The translations under genes and the position numbers were made by a program. From Raillietiella orientalis (Eukaryota): a stretch of 64,000 nt of DNA. Under the pieces are notes generated by a model. That model searched no databases, was not told the origin of the DNA, and saw nothing but the letters and a program-made list of their open reading frames with translations. The DNA lies in assembly GCA_036172245.1 (NCBI GenBank), contig JAYWIR010000010.1:248001-312000 (forward strand). Reading direction: 5' to 3'. This document shows, in pieces, positions 47,541 through 58,499 of this stretch (position 1 is its first letter; each line of letters begins with the position of its first letter).

Positions 47541-47739
47541 AAACGGGGGTCCGCGTCGGAAACCGTGCGGCTGCGGTCTCCGCGCGTAATACCAGGAGTT
47601 GCGGGTTCGAATCCCACTAGGGGAAGGATCGGCGGCAAGAAAGACAGGTGCGTCGTGGGTTTCGAGTCCCCCCCGCAAGATGACGCTGGCCTATTCGGAT
47701 GTGGCACTGGTCGACACCCGGTCACTCCGGGGCATTTAT

Positions 47740-50350
47740 TTATAAAAAATAAACGTATGTGGCAGGACATTTGATCCTGCCATGTTATGAATACGGGAAG
47801 GAACCTGCCTGGAACTGGCACGCAGGCCAGCGGGGCTCGCCTCGGCAGCAAAGGGGAAAGGGAGACGAACAAAAAGAAAAAAAAAATAAAATCAAAACCA
47901 TACAGTCATAAAAATGGGGGGAGTTCGGGAAGGGATCACTGTGTGCCGGAGGGCGTCCTCTGCATCCTTGTAAGGATGCCGGCAAGTTCCTATTTCAAGA
48001 CGCCCAGATGGGGTCATCTTGACGCTGTCCTCATGAAGACGATAGCAAAATAGATGGGGTTCTGGCATTGCTCTATGCAGCCACGATCCCGCCGCGTGGA
48101 CAGCGCAGTGCCTGCTGGGGATGCGGCCGGCGTGAGGGCGTTGCGCAGGAAGAGGCGCTTCATAACGTCTCTGGGGTTGCCGCCGGTGGTTCCAGGGGTC
48201 GCGGCAAAGCGTTCCCAAAAGGGTTGGAGGGCAACACAGTCCACTAGGAGGTGCGGGAGCTGGGATTCCCGCTCTCCGCACCTGGTACAGTTTGGAGGTC
48301 CACACTACCCCGTGTCCAATGACGCCGGCAGGCGTTGCACGGGGTGCCCCAGTGCAGCGCACCAGTGCCAACTCCTACCACTTTAAGGGGAGGTTGAGAG
48401 TGTTCTTGAGCACTGGGGGCCACTGCAGGTCTTCCTCCGGAATACTCAGTAGCATGCCCCAACGCAAAAGTTCACGAGGTCGAGCACGCGGGGTCGCAGC
48501 GTCAGTGAGCTGGCCCGTGGTCCACTCGTCCAGTCCTTTCCTTCTTTCGGAGATTTCTACAGTAACCTCCCATCTAGCCGTAAGGCTGCTGCCCATGCAC
48601 TCTTCAGGATCCTCCAGGATCTCCTGGAGTGTGCAGTTGTTGTTACAGGATGCGGCACTGGTGGAAGCCGGAAACACGGATGCCCCGCTGACTAGCCGGG
48701 ACCCTCCACCGCTTGCCAGCGAGCTGGTCTCCAGAGTGTAAGAAGCGCGCTGCTCCCTCCGGGGAGCGCCCTTCAGGGAAATTCGGGAGCATCCCTTCGG
48801 GATTCTCTTCAGAGGAGTAAACAAGGAGCGATTCTTTGCGGGAGGTCCCTCCGGAGAAGAGACAATGAAGCGGTCCCCTTCCGAGTTCCCTCCGGAGACA
48901 ACCAAAGTGGAGAGTTCCCTTCGGGTTCCTTCCCAGGCGTGAGGGGAACGGACTCTTTCCTCCGGAACCTTCCTGAATTCATAGGGTGATCCCTCCGGGG
49001 CTGTTCCCTAACTTGAAGAGTTACACGTACCCTCGGATGGCGCGGATAGTGTTAAAGGAAGAGAGGGGGAGAGAGGGAAGGGGGAGGAAAGGGAGGATTT
49101 GAAGTGGGGAACATTTGCAGCTCAGCAAGATTGGCAGCAGGAGAGCAGCTGGAGGGGGGGGGGGGATAGAGAAAAATACATTAATAAATAAAAACAAAAG
49201 TATCAGGTTCTGCAGGCTTGAAACCTCCTGTCCTAATCGTTTTCTCCAGCTGCGTAGGCTCTTCGGGGAGGGGGTGGGCAAGGAATGAGAAATGGAGAAA
49301 ATGGAGAATGTGGAAGGTGGCGTCGCCTTTTCCTCCGTGTGCGTGCACGCGCGTCGGGGTGGCTTCGTGGGGGATTCGCGCCCGGGAGGGAAGGAGTTTT
49401 GCTCTCCTCATTGGGCACATCTTGGATGCTCATTGGCTAAAGACTTCGCGGCTCATGGATTCGCGGCCTTTCGGTGAGCGACCGGTCTCCGCGTGGGTCA
49501 GGAGCAAAACGGTCGCCTTTTGAGAGGACTGTGCATACGACTAGCCGCTCCATAGAAACGGGAGCACCAGTTTGTCGTTGCCGATGCGACAGAGAGCCTA
49601 GCAGCATTTCACTCCCGCGCCGGACGCGGCCAGCACGACGGTTGAACCTCCCCGAGACGCGAAGGAAGGAAGGTGGGTAGAAGTGGAGGTGGAAATGGCG
49701 CCAGATCGCGTCATCGCATCGCCTGGTAACTCTTCACCCAGAGGGGCTCTTTTCGGGGCGGGGAGCGTTGTCGACCCCTTGGGAAAAATCTCTTGGTAGA
49801 CAGTGCCGGAAGGGGTGCAGTGGATGGTCGCGGGGCGGCTGGCGAGCGGCAGGCAGGGGTGCCGAATAGATGAGGGCGGGAGAAACGCTGCCCTCTCTGG
49901 CACGCGATCGCCGCGCGCCGTCTCCTCCTGCAGACGCGGGCAGGGGAAGAACTGACAGCGGGCGCGGGCCCTCTGGGTTTCTGGCGCCAGTCTACCAACC
50001 TGATTTGCGGGGGCACACCCATGCTGGCGCCCCGCTACGCCTTCCTGCGGGCGCCAGGATCGGTCCGCGGAGTTGTCGTCGATCTTCCAAGAGCAGCACA
50101 GTCTTCCAGGAGACGGAAGCCGCCATGGCGCGTGTAGCTGTGGCCCCAAGAGCGCATTCGGGAGAAACTTGCGTGTCCAGCGGTTCGGTGCTCCTCTTCA
50201 GTTCCCTCAACCTCCTTTTGGATCGATTCCCTTCGTTCCTCCTCTGTCCCCCCCAACCCATCCCTGGAACAATTTGCGTTCTCTCGGGACGCGCCGCCTC
50301 TTCCAACCCCACCCTCAAACCCTCGCCACCGCGGGAGCGCGCTCCGGACT
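47740..50350 (-). mobile_element. Decayed 3' part of an L1/Tx1-like copy, interrupted by unrelated sequence at ~48750-49600
   Basis: LLRWGMLLSIPEEDLQWPPVLKNTLNLPLKW (48470-48378) and FWERFAATPG match the other copies. The 3'UTR 47740-47960 aligns with 50380-50600. CSRDGLG at ~50260 suggests the upstream piece belongs to the same family (weaker). Confidence 0.7.
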
Positions 50351-50379
50351 GAAATGGGTTGACACCCGATTGCGCCGGG

Positions 50380-53300
50380 GGTTCATAAAAAGGAACATAC
50401 AAGTCAGTAGCAGGACGCTTGGTCCTGTCCCTTAACATACATATGCAAAAAGAAACCTGCTGAGAATCGGAGCGCAGGTGGGTTTCGCCTCGGCAGCAGA
50501 GAGAGGGGAGGAAGAGGACAAACAAAAAAGAAAAATAAAACAAAAAATATATACAAAAAAATTGGAAGGGTTCGGGAAGGGATCATCGGATGCTGGAGGG
50601 CGTCCTCTGCATCCTTTGCAGGATGCCGGCAAATTCCTGTTTTAAGGTTCCCAGATAAGGCCATCTTGACGAGGATGACCAAATAGATGGTATCCCTGTC
50701 ATTCTGACCTCCTTTGGCGTTGCTCGATGCGGCCACGATTCCGCGTAGGCAGCAAAGTGCTGCTAGGGATGCGGCCGGCGTGATGGCATTTGCGCAGGAC
50801 GAGGCGCTTCAAAACGTCTCTATGGTTGCCCTCGGGGTTCCGCTGGGACGCAACAAAGCATTCCCTCAAAGGGTGGAGGGCAACAAAATCTATGAGCAGG
50901 TGCGAGAGGGACTCTCCTGCTGAAGTTGGGGCTTACACTCCCTCGAGTCCAGTGGTGTCAGCGGGTGTTGCACGGGAGACTCCAGTGCAACAACAGGGTC
51001 GCCGACTCCTGCCACTTTAGGGGGAGGGTTGCACTGTTCAAGCATGCTGGGAACCACTGTACCTCCTTCGGATGAATTTCTAGTAGCTCTCCCCATCGTA
51101 GCAGTCCTTTTGGAGGGGCTCTCGGGGTGCCAGCGTCCATCAGCTCCCGAGTTGTCCACGTACTTAAATGTTTTTTCCTATTATTAATTATGCACTTTGC
51201 CGGACGCTCGCTGTCTCTTGCTTTTCCGTAGGGAGGGCAGTACTGGGGTTGGAGGGATGAACGACGTCCAAAGCAGTTTCCTGGTATCACCCCGGATCTC
51301 CCTCAACTACCGAAGAGAGTATCTGCTGTTTCGTAGGCATATATTCTGCCTCTCTCGTGCCGTTGATTTTATCCCATGCGAAAACAGATTCCTACAGCCA
51401 AGTAGCCCAGTATTTCGCGGGGAGGACGGCGATCCGTTGTACCAAGGCAACCATTTGGCGAAGTTGAGAGCCAAGATGGCTCAAAATTCGCTCGATGGCC
51501 GCGACGACCAAGGTCAATCCTTAGCAGCCGGCTACTCGCTTGGAGAGGATTCCTGCCGGAGCACTGAGTTTTATTTGCCGGATCTCTGAGCTCCACGCAA
51601 GGCGTGGTCCAAAGCTTGGAAGGCCAGCGCGAGTTTTCGGAATTGGAGCTGATGCTCCATGCTCTCCAGCGTAAGGAGGCCCAGTCCGCCATCCTTACGT
51701 GGAGCGCAAAGGTCCTTTAACCGGACCCTAGACCTCCCTATGCTCCACAAGGCTTTTCTGAGAAAGTCCTCAGTCCTTTTTTTGGATGGCCGTAGGAGTG
51801 GGGCAAACAAAAAGCAAGGGGTGAAGGAAGGAAGTCGCAAACGCGTTCCACACCGCGGCCCATTCCGGCAACTAAAACCTGCCGTTCTGAAAGAGGCCAA
51901 GCTCCACTACTTTTTGGAGACGACCAGGCCAGTCTTCTGCAACGCAGAAGTCCCCTAACGAAATGCCCAGGTGCTTGATGTACCCACCCGTGGGGGTCCC
52001 AAGCCATCCAGTCCTGGCGTCCGGTCCACGTCGAGCCAGTCGGCACTATGGACGACTTCGTTCCGTTCACTTCAAGTCCGGTCCTGCGGCTGAGAACTCG
52101 AAGAAGCGCTCGATTTCACGCCAACGAGGATATGGGGAGCAGCAGCAGATCGTCGGCTTATGCTGACACGGCAGGCATGCGCAGACACGAGCTAGGCAGA
52201 GTTGCCAGTGCCTCACTGTATGTTCTCAGCACAAACTCAAAGAAGATATCGAAGAGCAGGGGACTCAGGCTATCACCCTGCCTTATGCCTCAGTGGACGG
52301 GCACGCCGTACACGTGTCGGCCGTTAAAAAAGATGTTAATGATCTCGTTGTGCCAGTCGGAGCGCAGATAGACCAGAAAGATGCCCGGAAATCTCATGTG
52401 TTCCAGGAGCTCCAACAGGAGTTCCTGGTCGACGTAGTCGAAAGCTTTACGCAGATCGACCGCCACCACAAGGGCTCCAGGTGTGCTTTGGTGGCCTTTC
52501 CCTCCCTGGAAAGAGGGAAATACAGTATTCTCTTGAGACGCCGTCACAACCCTTGTTTGCAACTGCCACCATGTGCTCGCGCGGAAGAGGTTGGCCTCCG
52601 TGGTTCGCCCGGGAACAGCGTACGTCTGCTCCGGACTGATCACGGATTCGGCCACCCGTCCCAGTCGCTCCGCTAACAGTTTGGCAAGCAACTTCTCATT
52701 CACCATTGCCAACGTTGCGCGAGTCTCCTGACTTCGGTAGGAGGCGTACTCTTGGTAACCGAAACGAAGCGGGCAGGCCGTGCTCCCCTGGTGCCTTGCA
52801 CTTGAGATTTCCTGTGGCGATCTCTGCCATCATGAAGGGCTCTTCGAGGTTTTCCCGCTGCTCCTCCCCTAACGTCGGGATGCCCTCTGGCACCAAACGC
52901 TCTGCAGCGTCGCGCTCGTAGGGTGCCTGCGTGTACAGGGAGGAGTATAATTTGCGTACGAGGCGTCTTACCTGTTGGAGGTCCGAGTGTTCCTGACCCG
53001 GATCCTCCAGCAGGCTGGCGGACCCGGACTGCCAGGTTTGATGCTCGGCCCTCGCTCGATACTCCCCTGTTCTTCGGACTTTGGATTTCCTAGAAAAGCG
53101 ACGGGCGTGCAGGTACGACCTCTCGTTCCTGACGCCTTCTCCGAATCCTGGGGGGAGACGGTGCATCTGGAACTTTCACAGAAATCGCTAACTGCGCATT
53201 TCAACCAGCCCTTGAGATTCTGCACGCTGGAGGCTCGCAAAAACACGCGGAGATGCTGCGCAGCTCTTGGGAGGCTTAGCGAGTCCCCTGGTAGACGCCA

Positions 53301-55750
53301 AACGTTATTCGGAGGTCCAGCGGAATTTCCAGCTTCAGCAGGGAGTGGTCCGATAGCGTCGACTGCACCCTGCCTCGCCTTCCCACCCGTGCGCAGAGGT
53401 GGTTGTCGAGGAAGACGAGGTGGATGCTGCTCTCCATCCCGGCCTCTCGGCCAGCAAGTTCCGCGCATGCGCGGACGCGCACGCCTAGTTGGCCAGATTG
53501 TGCTGTCCGTTCGGCGCACCGGATAGCAGGCGGGGGTTAAAATCTCTGGCTGCCAGTTGCGCTTCCTGCACGCCTCCTTCAACCAGCCAGTCGCGTCGCA
53601 GGCCTTCGAAGAACATCTTTGATTTCCGGGTTCTGCTTGAGCCGCTGGAGACGTACGCATTCGTGACCACGAGTTCGATCGAGTCGGACCACCTCAATGT
53701 CAGTTGACCGACCTGACCTCCCTTGTCGAAGAGCATGTCCTTCACGGCCGTCACGACAGTCGGTTGAAGAAGGAAAGCCACTCTGAAGGACTGGCGGGAG
53801 CCGAGATATCACAACAGATGGCCACCGGCTATCCTCTCGATATCTCGTGCCTACTCTGCCGAGATAACGTGGATCTCTTGCATGAGCACGAGGTCGAAGG
53901 ATCGCGGGGCGGCAGCAGTGTCTTGTCTCCTGCCGTCGTCTTTCAGCCCGTTGATGTTCCAACAGGCAATTAGCAGACGACGGCGAGAGGCATTTCCCGG
54001 CATTAAGGCTGGGAAAGTGACGCTGTGGCTCCTGCCACCTGAGTGGACGAGATGCTGTTCGGCTGGACGGGAAGCTCGGGCAATTGGGCCGCCTCTACGG
54101 CGTCCATCCCTTCGTCCGCATCGGAACGTGGAACTTTCTCTGTCGCGAGTCCCGCGTTCTGATGCCCATCGCACCCTCACTCTCGGAAGCGAGCTCTTTC
54201 CCTTTGTCAGGGGAGACTTGCAAGATGCCCTTGCGGCATCCGCGTCTGAGATCTCGGAGCCTTTGTTTGGGGCCCGACGTCTCGAGGCTCCTTTGTCACC
54301 TTGAAGTTCTTTTCGCAGTGTGGTCGCGAGCTTTTCTACGGCCCGGGCGAATACGGCGTCGTGACGCCGACGACAGACGTCATCGCCTCTCTCCCCTCCT
54401 CCTTGTTTTCCTCGGAGGATGGTGTGCTGGCAGCGGCGAGTTTGGCTGCCGTGCATCGCTCGGTCGCGGGAACGTGCTGAAGGATGAAGCGCCAGTTTTT
54501 CGTGGCGCATTTTCGCTGCGTTTCGCGATTGGTTTCTCCATTTTTTATTTTCCTTTTCTGCTTTTCTTCTTCTCACCTGCTGCCTTCCAGCCTCCTGACT
54601 GTGTTCCTCGCCATTTTCAACGGTGTTTGCTGTGCTCAGAGCGGCAGCCTTCGCTGGTGCTGCAGAAGAAGCGTTTCTCGCGGCTCTTTTTTTCCTTTTT
54701 TTCCGCCCGCTTTTTGCTGCTTTTTCCGCGGACGATGGTTTGAAGGCACACTTTTGGCGTGTGCCCTGTTGTTTGGCACACTTCACACGTATTTTGGGGA
54801 GCCTTTTTTTCAGGTGTCCCGAAGTGTGGCAGTGCCCGCAGTATTTGGGTTTCCCCACGTACCACAGGTCCACCAGTTCCCCGGCGACTTGCAGTTTGTA
54901 GAGCAGCCCGCGGCTCTCGCGGACGGTGATCCTCGCTGCCGCGAGGCCGCCCGGAAGCCCCTTGTGCTCCACGAAGGGGGTGGGCTTCTCTCACAGCGCG
55001 TACACCGTGCCGTACTTTTCTGGTTCGCTGCGGACGGCCTCCTCGGTCATACGCAGCGTTCTTCCCAGAAGGTGGACTCGTACTGAGTGGTCCATCGCGA
55101 TCGGGAGAAGCCTCCTGCTTTTTGTCACAACGTGGGTCCTCAGCAGTCGTTGAGCAAGGTCTGCCTCATTGCAGACCACCTCAGCATACTGACCCCTGCT
55201 GAGGATGGTCATAGCACGGAGATCCTCTTGCTTGACCCATGAGCCGTGCATAGCCTTCGAGAAGGCGCGCGTGTTATCGAAATTGTACAGATCGCCTACC
55301 TTGTAGAGGAGGGCTGGATCGTAATCCTTCTCAAGGTAGGTTTGATTGAAATGGGTCGGTCCCTTGATGCTTGGCTCTCCGTCCCATCTGTGACGACAAG
55401 TTGGTTCCAGTTTCCGCAGAGAAGGCTCGCATCGGACGGTGATCTGTGCAGCCGAAAACCAACGCAGATCGTACACTTTCTTAACCCCCCCCCCCCACTT
55501 TTGAGTGCGCACAGCTGCTGGAGAGGTGCAGCATAAATTTCCGCTCAACACACTTCCAATGGGGGAGGGGGAGAAGGAGATGAGATGGTACGGGGGTGGA
55601 GGATGTTAGCGGATTTCATCACCTGGCTTCTTTGATATTCGGAAATGCCTCTTCCGCCCTCTGCTTGAGTCCTCTTCCACACGGGCTGAAATCCCGTGGC
55701 CGCTGCCACCGCCACAACCCGTGACCGAAAGAGCATGCAGACAAGGCAAG
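50380..55750 (-). mobile_element. Near full-length decayed L1/Tx1-clade non-LTR retrotransposon (ORF1 RRM + zinc knuckle; ORF2 APE-RT-zf-RVT; 3'UTR)
   Basis: ORF1: VHLLG..EEAVRSEPEKYGTV, WYVGKPKYCGHCHTSGH. ORF2: LIACWNINGL (~53970), LMQEIH, NAYVS, ARDFN, SDHS, KAPGEHGLPASF, ISPEQTYAVPGR, DLRKAFDYV, RQGDSLSPLLF, SA*ADDLL (~52155; stop in YADD), KDGGLGL, PLKWQE..LHWSLPC. Many frameshifts. Confidence 0.92.
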
Positions 55751-55779
55751 GGGGCACCACCATCTCGAGGGCTGAGACC

Positions 55780-57740
55780 TGTTCTTCGTGCTGTTACTGG
55801 AGGCTGGGGTGACGGGTCGTTGAATCGTGAGGTCTCTCTCCGGATGGCTGCGGCAGGAAGAAAACAGGAGCGCTAGCTCGCGGAAAACTGCCGCCGCCAA
55901 GGATTTTCCTCAAGAGCACTTGATGCGTGGGAGGCAAAAGAGGCAAGGAGGAGGGGTCGTCGCCACCCTGGGACCGGAAGAGAAGCCGGTCGCCGTCAGC
56001 GCTCGTCAACCGGGAATCGATTTGCGATTGCCGTCTGGATCCGACGGGAATACTGGGCCGCCAGCTGCATCGTCCTGCTCGTCACATGTGGCAGTTGCAC
56101 GGTTACCTTCGGACGAGCGAGTTGGTAAAGCAAAGAAGAAAGGAAAGAACAAGGGCTCGTGCATTTGGCCGAAAAGAAAGGAGTGCAACCAGATGGTTTT
56201 GAGCATGGCATCTTCCACGACTTGGCTGAAAGAGGCGATCGCCCACATCTGCGAGTTCGCTCTTGCTTCCTTCTCTCTGCTCTTCAAGCAGAAAGAGCTC
56301 GTGCGACCTTCCAAGGAACGCAGTGGGGGGGGGGGTTGATCCATTCCGAAGGAGTCTCAGAGAGGAACTCCGTCCGGTCTCGATCCTTTGAACCAAAATC
56401 GTGCACTCCTTTCGACGGTATTTTAGTACCGGGGAAGACGAAAACTTCCAGGACAGTGGTCAACACGGGAAACACCATTTGAAGAGTTCGCGTGTGCACG
56501 CGAAGGGCTATGGCTGAAGCATCGAGCACGCCCCACGAGCGTCCTGGTAGGGCGTGCTGCCTGCATCCTACACCTTCTTACAATGTGGAGTGCAGAAAGG
56601 AAACTGTGGAGCGCGCTCCGCCCCACACGCCTCTGTCGATGAGTCGAGAGTTTCGCTCTCCACCAAGATGTTCCGGCAGCTTCCAGCAGTGTGGTCTCTC
56701 AGGGTTGATCTCAGCCCTCTCTTTAGCTCCCGAGGCTTACCGCTCGGGAACTTCCACATGTTGCGCCCTCGAAGTTCCTGCGCGGTCGCGTTTGATCGGG
56801 AGCGTTCCGCAGCTTCCCATGGGAAGCTCCCTTGAGACCGGGAATGTTGCTTCCGGGAGGAATAAGAAGGCATCCGTCAAGTTCAGCACTTCGCCGATGC
56901 ATTTTCCGTTTCACATCCGCCTCGGTCGCTCTCGCGACGTCTGCGGGTCTGCTGGCGGTGACCCGCGCAGCAGGTGAAGCGAGCCTTCTCCTCCGGAGGA
57001 TGCACACACGCTCGCATCTGCAACAAGTGGGCGGCCAAAGTCCTCGCACCTCCCTGGAGCAGTGCAGACGATAGTAAAACTGATACTACGAGGATCCCAT
57101 CGACTACCTAAGGATATAAGTGAAGATGCGAAGATGACTGCTCCAAGAATAAAGTCTAGCTAGTCACAATAACCATGCCTGATGGAAGCTCTCAAGCACG
57201 TGACTGCGGAATGTGAGGGAGAGTAAACACAGCGATTACCACTGTGAAAATCCCTGGAAAGCAAATCTTGAGGAACAGCTGCTGTGCGCTGAGCGTGGTA
57301 AGCGATAATTTCGTCGGTGCCGCAACGAGCGTTTGCCCAACGAACTCTTAAATGCGGAAACCGTGCGAGCGGATCAGCTGTGTTGCTGTGACGCTCGGCT
57401 AAAGATGACTGCTCCTTTGCTTTGCGTATGCAGGCTCAGTGCGTGCTGCGATCCGCGATTTTGAAAGGCGAGCGCTTGTTTCTGCGTGCAAGAGCCCGCC
57501 ACCAGCTTGTTGAGAGAATACGTTGACGAGCCTTCTGGTGACCTTTCTGACGCCTGTGACGCCGTGCGGAATGGGAGCCCGTCAGTGCGGCACCTGACGG
57601 CTGCGTGGGATGAATCAGCAGCGGCGACGATCCCCCAAGACAAAGGAGCAACCATTTGTGAAAGTGCGGCGAAAATCCGGCTTGCGTCAGAGTCATCGTT
57701 CTTCTCGAGAAGAATCGAGTCCAACGGTGTTTGGGAGCGT
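55780..57740 (-). pseudogene. Endogenous viral element, Mononegavirales-like L N-terminal half (start to motif A), decayed, abutting the L1/Tx1 element
   Basis: QTPLDSILL (~57730, cf. HLxSPI), FGRPLV (~57030, GHP), MLDASAIA (~56525, cf. LLDDKAIS), TKIPSKGV (cf. VSV TPIPSKKV), RTEFLSE (cf. WKEFLKE), LKSREKEARANSQMWAIAS (56287-56231, motif F), QD..SW (~56065, motif A). Confidence 0.7.
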
Positions 57741-57749
57741 TTGCCTGCG

Positions 57750-58450
57750 AAGAGGCTGGCAGAAAATGAGGAGATGCAGGAAAAGGGTTGTAGCTTTTCC
57801 TTCCTTCGGCGAGAGAGTCTCCCCCTTCGAAAGTTCGCCTCGTGCACACGATGAAAGATGGAGCTGTGACGCAAGTGTCTGTGGAACGGAAACATCATGG
57901 GTGTCCTGCATGCTAAATTCGTGCATGGATTTATCAATGCCGCTTCTTTTGCAGTACTTCATGATGTTAATAACATGCGAGCTCCTGTACCATGCTGCTC
58001 CAGGATATTGCAAGCGCACGTTATAGTTTGCTGTGCGCACTGTGTGCACACTGAAGTCTGCTACACGGAGGGGGTAGCTGTGATCAGTTAAACGAGTTGT
58101 AGTCTTGAGTTCTCGTTGCTTTTGAAGCGACCGAACGCTCCTCCCGAATTCTTCAAGGGTCCAGTGGATCCTGCTCAGTGGTGCGTCCGCGGTCTGACTT
58201 CCTGTTGCTCCGTCCCTCATCCTTGTTTGAACCCCATCGTGGTCCTGCCAAACAATCTTGAGGAATGCCTGAAACGCGTGCAGAAAGTCCTTGAATTTTC
58301 GTGCCCGTGCCCGCAAACTCCCGCCAATTCCGTCCCCGGTGCTCGGCCAGCGCCTAGGAAGTCCGGAGACGAACTCGAGTAGGTGATCCTGGTTTCCAGG
58401 AAGTTCCCGAGGCGAGCTGAGGGAGAGGATGCCCCGATGCCGCCATCGGT
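57750..58450 (-). pseudogene. Endogenous viral element, L methyltransferase domain in an uninterrupted frame (inside ORF 57693-58577)
   Basis: TGDGIGGSLRA..AFQAF (58337, SAM-binding GxGxGG), LRVADFSV (D 93 aa later, about 92 in VSV), INIMK (K 33 aa later, 33 in VSV), LSSCARGEL (E 41 aa later, about 38 in VSV). Confidence 0.75.
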
Positions 58451-58499
58451 TTGTCAAGGAAGGAGGCGGATGAGGATCTTCCTGGTCGGGCACCTCGAC

